From assembly GCF_964355755.1 (NCBI RefSeq), contig NC_092677.1, positions 1,882,101 through 1,946,100 on the forward strand: 64,000 nucleotides of DNA. Direction: 5' to 3'. This document shows, piece after piece, positions 25,604 through 38,100 of this stretch (positions are counted from its first letter, which is position 1; the number at the start of each line of letters is the position of its first letter). A program made the position numbers and the translations under genes. The notes under the pieces were generated by a model. It ran no database searches, was not told where the DNA came from, and worked only from the letters and a program-made list of their open reading frames with translations. Origin of the DNA: Antedon mediterranea. Taxonomy: Eukaryota > Animalia > Echinodermata.

Positions 25604-25851
25604 CAGGCTTTTCTATGCGTAAAGTTACTAGGACGACGTAAGCGCAACGGACGTTATTTGACCAATCACAAGCGATGGATCATCCGAATTATAGCTTGTG
25701 ATTGGTCAACTTGCTTGTGTTGCATCACATTGGGAACAAAATACAGTAGCTTAAACATGTATTTTCGGAAACGCTCTCCGTGATGATTGAGCTAATAGCT
25801 TTTCACATTAAAAAATAAACATAGTTCAACATAATAGCTTAGTTAATATTT

Positions 25852-26653
25852 AACAAGGCCAACAGCCATTAAGTCGCGTGCTACAATGCATAGTGATACC
25901 GGACCGACAGACAAACAGACTGACAGACAGACAGACCGACAGACAGACGGACCGACCGACATAGTGAACTATACTGACCGAAATTACTGAACATGTTTAA
26001 AAATGTTGAAATGTTTAAAAACATTTATATTGTTTTAATTTACACGTGCGTAGCCTGTCACATTTGACGTGCTCGTATAACGTAATTTCGAGTTGAAAAT
26101 TAAGTCAAGAAAACAGAAATCGGGCAAAAAGTGTGCGCAATAACATTTAACGCGCAGTGCGCGCGCAAAAATCTGCGCACTCATGGCAATTTTGTAAACG
26201 CTTAAAATTGCCTGAAACGTACTCTTATTTCATCGAAAATAAATTTTGAAAATTTTAAGCGCACGTACGGATGCGTTACATGCGCTACGCACGTAATTGT
26301 ATTGCCATATGATGATTTATGCCCTGAAATTTATGAGTACCAAATTTTATTTAATTGTGATTCATGGTTGTTAAGATATGATTACAAACGTGATTTCGTT
26401 AAATCGTGCGTAGACCGCGTAATTTTTTATTGCGCACCGTGAAAACATAACCACATCGATTCCTGGCCATAAGGAATATTCTGTGAAAAATTGACTTAGC
26501 TAGATTAAACTGATATCAAGATAAGGTCATAAAGCGACAAAACGCATAGTGATACCGGACCGACAGACAGACAGACCGACAGACAGACCGACAGACAGAC
26601 AGACAGACAGACCGACCGACCGACTTAGTGAGTCGCTTCCACGCGACTAAAAA
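25852..26653 (-). mobile_element. Helentron-associated non-autonomous element (HINE/DINE-1-like) with (GTCY)n microsatellites
   Basis: On the minus strand: TTTTTAGTCGCGTGGAAGCGACTC, (GTCG/GTCT)n tracts, 3' CACGCGACT, then the hairpin GGCT-gtt-GGCC and TTGTT. Confidence 0.75.
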
Positions 26654-27659
26654 CGCTAGCATTCCGATTGTGTTAAATAAGGCGTAACATTGTTTATCTA
26701 CTGATTTATGCAAAGAAAAAAAGAAATGAACCGGAATATTATACATGTCTTTGAATGTGGTGTAGCCGATAATCGGATGCTGTATAATTATAGCCGATAA
26801 TCGGATGCTGTATAATTACCACAGATTTCGCCACTATTCAACGCCGATGCCTCGTTTACAAGAATTTTGTCGCACAGTCGCCATGAGCAATGACGTGGTA
26901 AATGTAACTATACTTGTAATAGGTTGTGTTTTATAAATATTTTAGTATTGTGTATTGCTTTGGATGATTCATAATATCTATATTTGGATTATTTCACACG
27001 TTATATAAAAGGATACTAAATACTACTATACTGAAGATACTAAATACTAACTGTAATTTTATTAACGTTTACAAAATTTATTGTGATAGCTCACGCACAC
27101 ATTAACATTTACGTATTGAAAATATAATTTGTACAGATAATTGTATACACAATAATCTTTATTGTCTTTCTCAAATATACATAAAATCATAACCAAAGAC
27201 TCCTGTATCGCCTAATATAACCAGTGCCTTCCATGTAAGGTTACTTGGGTTACACCGGTGTGATATAGATGAGATGCTGTATTACCGAATATTCTATGAT
27301 ACTGGGAAAATACTGTATTGCATTGTATTGTAGTATGTGGAATTACAACACTGAGAATCGAAGCAGTGTCAAATACTATTACGTCACTTCTGGTCCGTTA
27401 ACAATTAAAATCAGCCAAGAAACAAATTATAAAAAGAGTATTTCTGTTGGCTAACTGTATTATAACACTCATTTAATCTCAATTATCTTAATGGGAACAA
27501 GAAATCTGAAAGAAATTAAAATTTCATTACAAAAATACAAATTAAGGTCCTAATTTTTAGAAAATTATTATATGAATTAAATTTACATGCAAATTGCAAC
27601 AATAGCTTTAGAAATGATAAAGACAGATTTATGTTTTCTGTACAATGAAGAAATTACGT

Positions 27660-28012
27660 GATGTGTTATTTTCCATCCTACTTCTTATTCATCTTCCTCT
27701 AAGTCACATATTTCTCCTCTTTCCTCCTAATTTCCTCTTTCGATTCATACTGTTATGAAATGTGTGTCTTTAAAATATATTATCCGCCTCGAACTTCCTA
27801 CTTATTCATCCTACCACTCTCCTCCTCATTCCTCCTAATTTCTTCTCTGATTTCATACTGTTACTAAATGTGTGTCTTAGACGTATTGTTTTATTTTAAG
27901 TTTTATAAAATATATCATCCGCCTCGAACTTCTTCCTTTCATCTTTTCACTCTCCTCCTTTTCCGATTTCATTCTCCTCCGATTTCAGAGTGTAATAAAA
28001 TGTGTGTCTTAG
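27660..28012. repeat. Three diverged pyrimidine-rich tandem units (about 120-130 bp)
   Basis: Recurring aaatgtgtgtctt and atccgcctcgaacttc. Confidence 0.65.
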
Positions 28013-29092
28013 TATAGTCTTATGTCTATGTTTATATGTAGGATTTTTTTATCAGGTCTATTTGCAAGCGAGTTTAGTTGTACTTTACACTATATCATTA
28101 ATCTTGCGGACCGTGACGTGGACATAACGATCTGTATAAAGAAATGTTTGTTTTGTCCCGCCTTTGAGGTATTGATACAAACACCATCTAGGCTAATAGT
28201 AATGAATACATGGACAACCATATGGTGTTGAGGAGCTTTCTGCCGGCAATAAGAATGAAGAAATGTGTCTGTGTCAAAGGTTAACAATTACAAACAACAT
28301 TTTCTGAAAATATTGAGTAGTATCAAAATACATTAGTAGCCATTGTCTATTATTGTCATTATCATATCATTAGCGATCTTCGGTAGAGAAGGTTAAATAA
28401 ATAGGTAGGCCCTAATGAACGGAAAGATGTAAAAAGAAAAATAAATCTGGCCACGTATAAGTACTGTATATGCTAATACACCGTTCCTTTCACAATCTAG
28501 GCGCAAAGATTGTTGAATGTACACACACAACACTAACACCCCCACCAAACACGAAAACACCCTATTTCTAACTTTGGTTTCATTCCCCACAACCATTCTT
28601 TTGTATGACTCTGCATAATAACCACATTAGAATGGTGAGTATAATGATATATGAAAGTTTATCCAAACTGCACATTTCAAATTTAAAATTAAGATAAATT
28701 ACATAAATTACGAAATGATCAAATTAGGTTGGCGATAATTACAAAAAGGCCTGGAAATCACGCCTTATATCAACATATATATTATGAAATCGTAAAGCGA
28801 GAACACGAAATGATGTTGTTTATTATTACGCTCCGTTAGAAACGATTCTCCATTAAGTTCTAGTAAGAATTAAGCACAGCCTCATTGCGGTTCTTCTAAC
28901 TTAATGTGGTGTAAACTTATTAAGGAGAACCATTCATGTGTTTAGTTGTTAAAACTTAATGATATCATTTATTTTATAATATGTCATACAATATCGATCA
29001 TGATTTACACGTGCCTATAAATGGTAAAATCGTGAACGGAGGTCCACTTTTGTTTCAATTTTATTTTGCGGTGGACGGGTATAGAGTTTAGA

Positions 29093-32000
29093 ATGGCTTC
29101 AGCTTCATCGGCTTGGCTAGTGTGTGTTCTTGCAATATGGTGTATACAGGTACGTCAAATTATTATAAATCATTTTAATCTAATATATTATATATAATTT
29201 ATACAGTATAACGAAATATCTTTTTATAACGTATATCATCATATCTGGCGTTCCCAAATGTCAGAGCCACAGTATAAGCTTTGAACGTGTTCGTATTCAG
29301 TAAACAAAATTGAAATAATCGCCTAATAATCTTATTTTTTTATATTGTTTTGTACGAAATTTAATCATATTTTGTTTAAAATTTAACTGTAAATATGTAA
29401 TTTGGTAATTTTATCTATCGTTTAGATCTTTTAAAAGAATAGCATTTTGTCTGTTTTAACTAGAATTGTTGTGGGTTAACACCAGTGGAAAAGGCAAGAT
29501 CACTAAAGACCCATAATATGTTCAGAGCCAATGTAAAGCCAAAAGCAGCCAACATGAGGATACTTGTAAGTATAATCACATTTAGACTTAAGTTTGGTTT
29601 CCACTAAGACGCCGTGCAAGGACGAAGCGCAACGCAAGGGATTGACCAATTAAACGTGGTTCCCACTAGGACGCAACGCAACGCAATGACGTATCGACGC
29701 AACGTGCCATATTGCGTAATCGCAAGTGGGAACCGACGACGCAACATTGCTGTAAAAATCGCAGGTTTGATTTCACGCAGGCGGGGGCAAACACAATGCG
29801 TGGAAGGGCATTTTCTTACGTTAGAGGCTGCATTACGTTGCGTCGCTAGTGGTAACCACGCTTTACAGGCGACAGATTGGATAATCAAACGCGCGCTTGT
29901 GTTTGGTCAAACTACTTATGCTTGGTTCAAAGAGACGCAACACAAGGACGTAACACAACGTAAGTGAGTTGACCAATCAAACTGTCGCTTGTCATTAGTC
30001 AACACGCCTGCGTTGCGTTTACGTCGTTCTTGCGTTGCGTCCTAGTGGGAACCAAGCTTTACGTTACGCCTACGTTGTTGCGTTGCGTACTGTGAGAACC
30101 AATCATAAGCGATAATTCGTTTCGTTTATACGTCATTGAGTAAATTTCGTTACTGGTATGTCGAGGGGAAAATGCGTACGTTGGCATGGTTTGGTTTTAT
30201 CATAACATTTGAATGTTAGAGGTGTAATCCACTTTGAGCAAAACTTACTATATACTTACATGACTTGGTTCTGGATGGTAGAAATATCTCATGTCGTTTT
30301 GTTCTTCAAAACAGGTATGGGATAAGAAAGCCGAAGCTGTAGCCCAAGAATGGGCTGACAATTGTAACCAGTTCCATCGATCCAATCTTGGGGATCTTGG
30401 TATGGGCGAAAACCTTGCATTTAGCTCGAGGCCGTATGTTGGCAAACAGTTGGATTCTGGTATTCGCTTATGGTTCGATGAGGTTAAAGATTACAATTAC
30501 GCCACGGGTAGTTGTAGAAGCGGTGCCGTGTGCGGTCATTATACACAGGTTGGTAATTGAGCAAGTATACACCTTTACCATGGAGGTATAAAATATTTAT
30601 ATGTTTCGAGTTCCCTCCTTTTATTTTATACCTCCATGCCTTTACAGTTCCGTAGTACGGTAGATCATGATATACCTCCATCGGTAGATTATTATTTATG
30701 ACATTTTTAACACATGATATTTTATACAAAAATTATTTATTACTATCATGACTTACCCCCATATTTCTCATCCTGATATTGAAATTAAAATAAATAATAT
30801 AGTACGGTGCTCAGAAACTACTGAGCGAAATACTTGGTCAAATGTAGCAACCGACAGAAGGCGTGCTATTTCATATTTCCGCCCATATTGAAGATACAAA
30901 TAATTCGAGATTTTGATAAGCTTTTGTGACAACAACCAGGCCTGTTGGTAGGCCTATATAGTTTGAAGAAATTAGGTTAACATGAATATTGCGAACGTTG
31001 CCGTGCAGACACATTTGCAAGCAAAGGAAATATTTTTATTGGCAAATTCTTTCCAAGCATTTTGCCAAGTATGCCTATAATAATTATTAGTTATATTAAT
31101 TGCGAGGGCTTGATAGTATATTTTTTGAATGAATAGGTTGTTGATACAAGAAGTTTAGCGGTTGGATGTGCAACCAACAGAAAGAAATGTTCGAAGGGAT
31201 TCCCATACATGTTTGTCTGCAACTACTCACCTCCGTAAGTTACAGTACGACAGACCGACAGACAGACGGGCGTATAAAGTGAATGAATATAATTTTCTAA
31301 AATGAATTATAATATTTTAAATGGTTAAACTTGGTCTATATGGTCACTATGGCGTAACGTCACGTGACGCAAATTCAAGAACGTAGACGCAATGTAATCG
31401 TTGGCCAATGACAATCCATCGCTAGTGATTGGTGGTCAAATCACTTACTTTGCAATTATATCCTTTCATTCATTCCTATACATTTATTTATCAAATCAAG
31501 ATAATTTAAACATAAATTGATTAATCAAAACAAGATAAATAAACTGTTTATTGGGCCACAAAGTAGAAGGCTTAGCCAAGTCTCGCGAGGACCCTATGAC
31601 ATAGGCCTAAACGAAAAATAACGAAAGGATAATGCATAATGCAAAGTCGAACGTATGTGCCTCTAGTTGGAACCAAGCTTAGGAGGAGGAGGATGCGGAA
31701 TTGATTTACGAATTTCTTGTTCAAATATTAAAACAGTTTTCTTTAGTTTTTAACTTTTTATTTAACGTTATGTTATAGAGGTAATTATAATGGAGAAAAG
31801 CCGTATGAAGCTGGACTACCTTGCTCCGGATGTCAAAGTGACACTAGATATTGTAAGGCGGGATTATTTTGCAGTAAGTTGCCACTTTGTTTGCCTTATG
31901 ATGCAACGACGTAGGCGTAACGTAAACGAGTTGACCAATGGACATACGTTGTGATTGGTCAAATTGCTAACGATGCGTCTATACGTCCTATATGCTGCAT

Positions 32001-33513
32001 CCAAAAGCTTTAGCTGGGGAACTTGGTGGAAATGTATAAAACAGTGACAATATAAATGTAATTAATGAAAATCTGATTTGCTTCAACAACAATGTACAGT
32101 GAACTTTATTTCCATTAAATTTAACCTATCTATTGCAAGCTGTAATCATTATTTTATTTTCCATATAGGTGATTGCAAGCCTGGCAGTTCCGGATGTGGT
32201 AAGTTGCACACAAAGTACCAAAATCCCGTAGGCCTACCCACCCTTCAGTATCAAGCCTTAATCACGTAGGCCTTCCCTTCAGTATCAAGCCTTACTAACG
32301 CGCGCCATATAATTTTGCAAAAATAATTTGACCAATCACAAGCAACAGTTTTGGGATGAGCCGTCACTAACGTTTAATGTTCGTCTTGCGTTCCCACGCA
32401 ACGCAAGTGAGTTGACCAATCACACGCTGCATAAGATAGACGGTCCTTCGCTTCTGATTGGTCAAATTGCCTGTGTTGCGTGTAGCCTACGTCCTTGCGT
32501 TGCATCGAAGTGGGAATCAGCGGCAAATTCCTTACCTTAATGAATTGCTATTTTTAGGATAACAATTCTAAAATTATGTTTTAAAATTCAAGATTGTAGA
32601 ATTAACTGTGGCAAAGGAAATGCGAAAAACCCTAAAGCCTGCTCCTGTAAATGCAGAGGCTCATGGGGAGCAGCATGTCAAAGTAAGTATTTTAGTCGTG
32701 TTACCTTTTTATATACCGGTTCGTCCCGCTTTGATTTCGCCTTTCATTATATAATTGATATCATGATTATAAATATATAGCAGGCCTATGTATGCTATAA
32801 CAAACATGTGTAATACTGTACTGCACTGTACAATATATACTGTATAATTATTCATTTTTTTATATACCGGTTCGTCCCGCTTTGATTTCGCCTTTCATTA
32901 TATAATTGATATCATGATTATAAATATATAGCAGGCCTATGTATGCTATAACAAACATGTGTAATACTGTACTGCACTGTACAATATATACTGTATAATT
33001 ATTCATTTTTTAACCAATGTTTATAGATTAAACATTATGCATTGGTTGATGCATAGGCTACTAAAGACGTGATAGGCCTATCCTTTCCTAAAGCTTGGTT
33101 TAGGACGCACGCAACGACGCAAGAACCTTAGCGCAACGTAAGTGATTTGACCAATCACATCATGCAATATGGATTATTCGAACCGTCGCTTGTTATTGGT
33201 CAACTCGCTTGCGTTGCGTTTACGTCGTTGCGTTAGTCCACTTGTCGGAATTTTATCTGGAAATGAGCTCAAGTATTATACGTATGAAATGCCACATGTG
33301 TCAAAACATTTGTAGAACCTAGTCATTGTGTTGCGCCGATTCGTTTTATATGTTATCTACATTTCTTTTATAGAAAAATGTGTGAATGGACCAGCTTGCA
33401 CCGGCAAAGGCTATGACAAATGGCGAGACGAAGACGTGTGTCCACATCCTTTCTTTGCCGAAGCCTGTGCAGCAAAATGTCAAAAATCTTGCAAGGCAAG
33501 GAAGAAAAATTAA
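29093..33513 (+). CDS. Secreted CAP/SCP (CRISP-like) protein with EGF-like and ShKT-like modules, paralog 3
   Basis: Exons 29093-29149, 29464-29565 (THNMFRANVKPKAANMRIL), 30315-30548, 31137-31234, 31779-31873, 32169-32198 (30-nt microexon), 32593-32682, 33374-33513 (CAAKCQKSC, stop). Confidence 0.9.
29590..30110. mobile_element. Nested cluster of family-B MITEs
   Basis: An outer element is interrupted by inner copies at about 29653-29863 (similar to 22819-22974) and about 29920-30059. Confidence 0.65.
32704..33010. repeat. About 151-bp near-exact tandem duplication (CAP gene 3 intron 7)
   Basis: tatataccggttcgtcccgc...ctgtataattattcatttttt occurs twice back to back. Confidence 0.92.
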
Positions 33514-35124
33514 CCATAACTTTTTAAATTCGCAATTCAATCTTAGTTTGCATTTACATGATGTTGATAATACTTTTACTGACCCAATTTTGAAATAATT
33601 TCTTTTTGTGAGTCAGTAGAGACAGAATACATTCAAAACATTTAATGGTAGGCCTAATAAACACGCACATGATAAGTTGTAGCTTAAAAGTAACATACCA
33701 TTGGTTTTAAAAAGATAAAAAAAAAAGACAAGAAAGTTTTCAACACATTTATATAATTGATGGTTTCAAAGGTTAGTTACACAATATATTATTATACATT
33801 GTTTGTGGTTATTCACTACGCTCTTGTGGGCCTAACATGGCGACGATGTAACTAGAAAAAACACAACACAACTGTCAGTAACTGTCAGCCTTGTTATTGC
33901 TATAGTTATTAGAAGGTAGTGTCAACGCATGCGTAGTTTACTTTCTGTACTAATCAAAACAAAATGGTCCGACAATAAGCCCACCTAAGTTTAGGTGTGC
34001 GATTACTGAGGCCTCCTACTTAAACTTTATTCCTATTTTTGGACGCAACGCAAGTGAGTTGACTCCAATCACACAGCGCGACGGTTCGGGCGGCGCGGAT
34101 GACTCGTCTAATCGTTGCACCTGCGTGGCGCTTACGTCATCAGTTCTGCGTTTGGGCATCAATGCACCTGCGTGGCACTTACGTCATCAGTTCTGCGTTT
34201 GGGCATCAATGCGATGAACTTTACAATTTCTATCATTTTGTTTTGGTTTCCACAGTATAGTTAGTTAAAGTTTTGAATAAATATAATAAAATCGATTAGA
34301 AATGTTAGTATGTTTGCTCACTTGATTAAGATTTATATTCATCCTGTGTATTGTATTATATTAAATGAATTAACAATTTTTGTTTTAATTTTCATGACGA
34401 TTTTTTTCAATTACAATTATCATGAATATTATAGCCAGGATTTTTAATGAGGCCTTCTTTTTTTCCTCAAAAATGAGCAAGTGCAAACAACTGAAGATAA
34501 CAAAATACATTTAGGCCTAGTAGATGAAAAGATGAAAGTACATTGTCTGCTGCTGACTTGGTATAGGATTGGACCAAGTGGGGAAAATGGTTATGGTTAG
34601 AATCCTACGAACCCCTCTGGTTACGGGCTTGGACAACGAATAAATTGTAAAGATCATCCTATAGAATAGGTCATCCTATCCTTTAGTTAGAGAATGTAAC
34701 ATCGAAAGAAATGCACGGGTGGCGATGTGCAGTAACTGCACTCCCTCCCCCTCTACACCTCTCCCTCACCAGGTACCCGTTCGATATATCCATGAGGGTC
34801 TTAATCTCTGTCTACACTATCAAACTAGTTTGATAAAAAATGTGTATTGTGCCCAAATATGGTAGTGATATGCACAAATATGGTAGTGATGATATGACAT
34901 CATCATGTCCATATATGGGCACATCACATTTTTTTGTCGCATAAAGTTTGATAGTGTGTAGACATATAAAAGAGCCTTCTTAGAAGTTAGTTAAGTAAAC
35001 ATTCCAGAGGGCGCTGTCTGACCGTTACTTTAGTCATTGCTTTAGTTTAGTGCTTACCTCTTCTTTCGATCGCGGTGAGCTTACTTGTGTGTATCATCAC
35101 AAAATTCGAATAAAAACCTACGAA

Positions 35125-38100
35125 ATGAAGCTGATACTGTTGTTAATTACAGTAATTGTACTCTTCAAGTCAGGTAAGTAATATCCAGTAATTTAATTGT
35201 ATAAAGACCTTCCTTATTTTGTTCGAAGTGGATGCTACTCTGACTTTGCACACACTCTCTCCCTAGCTAGGCTAGGCCTAGTAGGCACAACAAACTCGTC
35301 GCGTAACCAGCAGTATGTACTTGTTGGACTAGCTTGTGAACGCGTACGACGCCCACTAGGCCTAGCTAGAGGCTTGCCGTGACTAGTAGGCCTGGGCTTT
35401 ATACATAGGGCTAAATAGTGACACACCAACAGTCAGTAGGCCCCTATAGTAGGTAGGCCTAATAATAGACCTAGTTTAGTTTCTGACAAATTAATTTAAA
35501 TTAGGCCTAGCCTTACTATCTCAGTAGACAGTATCTGACTGAGATGAGCTGCTGTTGTACACATCACAAAATCTATTTTTTCCACTTTTTTTCTAGGAAC
35601 AAATGGTTTATTTATTACCAAAATCCAAGACCAATACGTAGACAATGGTGAGACCATTTATTTGTCATGTAGCGCCAGCGCAGCATCAGTTGGAACGACT
35701 ATGACTTGGATTCAAAGGACCATCGACGGGACATCTTTAGGCATCACACACAATGAGCAAATATTAATACCGCAGCTTAGAAACCGTTACTCAATTAGAA
35801 ACACTGGTTCGTCAACTCGGGAACACATGCTCACAATAAGAAATGCACAACTGGATGATGCGGGCGAGTGGACATGCACTGCTTATCCGGAATCTGGTGA
35901 TATAGATACCATGTCGACTAAAGTAACTGTTCTTAGTAAGTACACTATATTTATGGTGTCAACCTCTCTCTCTCTAAGCAAATATTTGTACAGGCTCTCT
36001 ATTATAAAATGAATTACCATATTTTTTCGGCCAGGGGTGTTTACTCAAATAAATACAGCAATGATTTTTTAACAATTCTTGTAATGATATATATGTATGC
36101 ACAGTAAAATCATAATCCAAGTTTGAACTATTTATAGTAAATATTCAAATAATTGTAAGTAACTAATACATTTAATTTTGTGTACAAAATGTAATGTAGA
36201 TTTCAATACAAAAATTGTGTTGAATCGCCTATATTTTGCATATTTAAATGTTACAATACAATGCATTTTTTTGTCGTCTTAATAGCGCCACCAGAAATAA
36301 CGACAATCTCCTCACCACCTGTTGATTTGCGGCTTGGTCTCAATTACACTTTGCAATGTAATGCAACTGGCAGCCCGATGCCCATCATCAAGTGGCGACG
36401 TGTCAACCCTCAATATCTGCCTAACTACAAACCGTTTTCAGTTGGATACCTGTACAACCTAACTAGAGTGACAGCCAATCACAGAGGTCTTTATGAGTGT
36501 ATTGCGTCAAACGGTATCGGCAAAGCTGCTCGTGAATCAGTCAAAATTACTTTTTCGTGTAAGTATAATCTTAAGGTGTCAAAGGCTACCTTATTATAAT
36601 GTTTACTATTTTGGGTATTGTATTTGTATCCGTTTTGTTTTTATCATCCTGTTATTGGCGAATTTCTTTTTGCTGGGTTGGGTTTGGAAATAAAATAAAA
36701 ATAAATGATTTTCGCTCGTACAGTGTTCTCACAAAGCAGCATTTGCCAGCAATATTTAACAGAATTTTTTTTTTTGACCATATTTAATGAGGGTGATCCA
36801 TCCAGCAATTGCTGATCATTAGGGACCCTCAGAGGTTCACAAGACAAACATATACACAAGATGCATAAACAAAGTCTTATTACAAGTCTTTGGGAGTGGA
36901 ATTGTAATTTTGTCCTTAGAAAAAAATCCTGACATGTGACAGGACTTGAACCCAAGATTCTTGGAGTGGTAGCCAAGCATCATAACCACCAAGCCACAAA
37001 TCCACTCCAATTAATTGTCTCCAACCAATAAATGGTATAAGAAAATAAATAATAACATTATTTTAATTAGATAGGTCATGTTGGTGACTTTTTGTTCTCC
37101 AAAAATCATGTCCGACAAATTGTATATCAAATTGACAATATATAGCCTTTGACTTCTTTTAGTCTATGTTTTTAATGGCTAGGTCTAACCTACCTTTGAC
37201 TTCTTTTAGTCTATGTTTTAATGGCTAGGTCTAACCTACCATTACTAGATTAGTTTTTATTTTATGTATAATTTTCTTACATTTTTTGTAGTATTCTTGC
37301 ATATTTTATACCGGTTGATTTTAATCTAGCAAATCTTGCTAGAAAACCTATTTTGGTAGAAGACTGGGTGACTGGTACTACAGTTTTTATTACCTCCCCT
37401 GTTTCAACATTAAAGCTGAATAAGTGTTTAATCAATGCATTCACTGTGAACCTTAACACACATCAATATTTGCATAAACTATGTTAATTTAAATATTGCT
37501 AGCAAGCATTATATTATTAGTCAATTTACTGTACCTAGGTTAGGTTGTAAAATCATGTAGTGTAGGTTCTAGCTTCTTTTATCTGTAGGATTAACTTGAT
37601 ACACATTTTCTACAGTGGTTTCGAAATATTTGAAAATAGTTGGTTGCATGATGTATTGAATTTTGAAGCCCAAATTTATAGATACAGATTTGGAAATATT
37701 TAGATTTAAAAAAAAATTTACTGATGTTTCATACCAGATTCAACAATTGTTTTTTTTTTTTGGTTATTTTTCAAAAATGGTTTTTGACCATTTTTTAACA
37801 AAAATTAGTAATACTTTAATTGAATTCGTAATCTTTATTTTTAATTGTGTTCGAAAATATAATATTCTCTGAACCTACTTAAATATAGCTTAAATATTTT
37901 TAGCAGGCACTGTTTGACTTACAGAGCTGTTTACTCTGATAAGTACAACACTGTGATGAATTGTGAATTGCCTATAACAATTCTATGAGTCATACGTCAT
38001 ATACAAATAAAATTAAAATTGAAAAATATAATAACAATAGCACAGGTCACACCACCTCATCTAGGCTTTGAATACAAACACATTTTAGATTATTCCATTT

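Noticed and set aside
29604-29967. Overlapping 94-aa and 117-aa ORFs
   Set aside because: They lie within nested palindromic MITEs in an intron and have no recognisable motifs.
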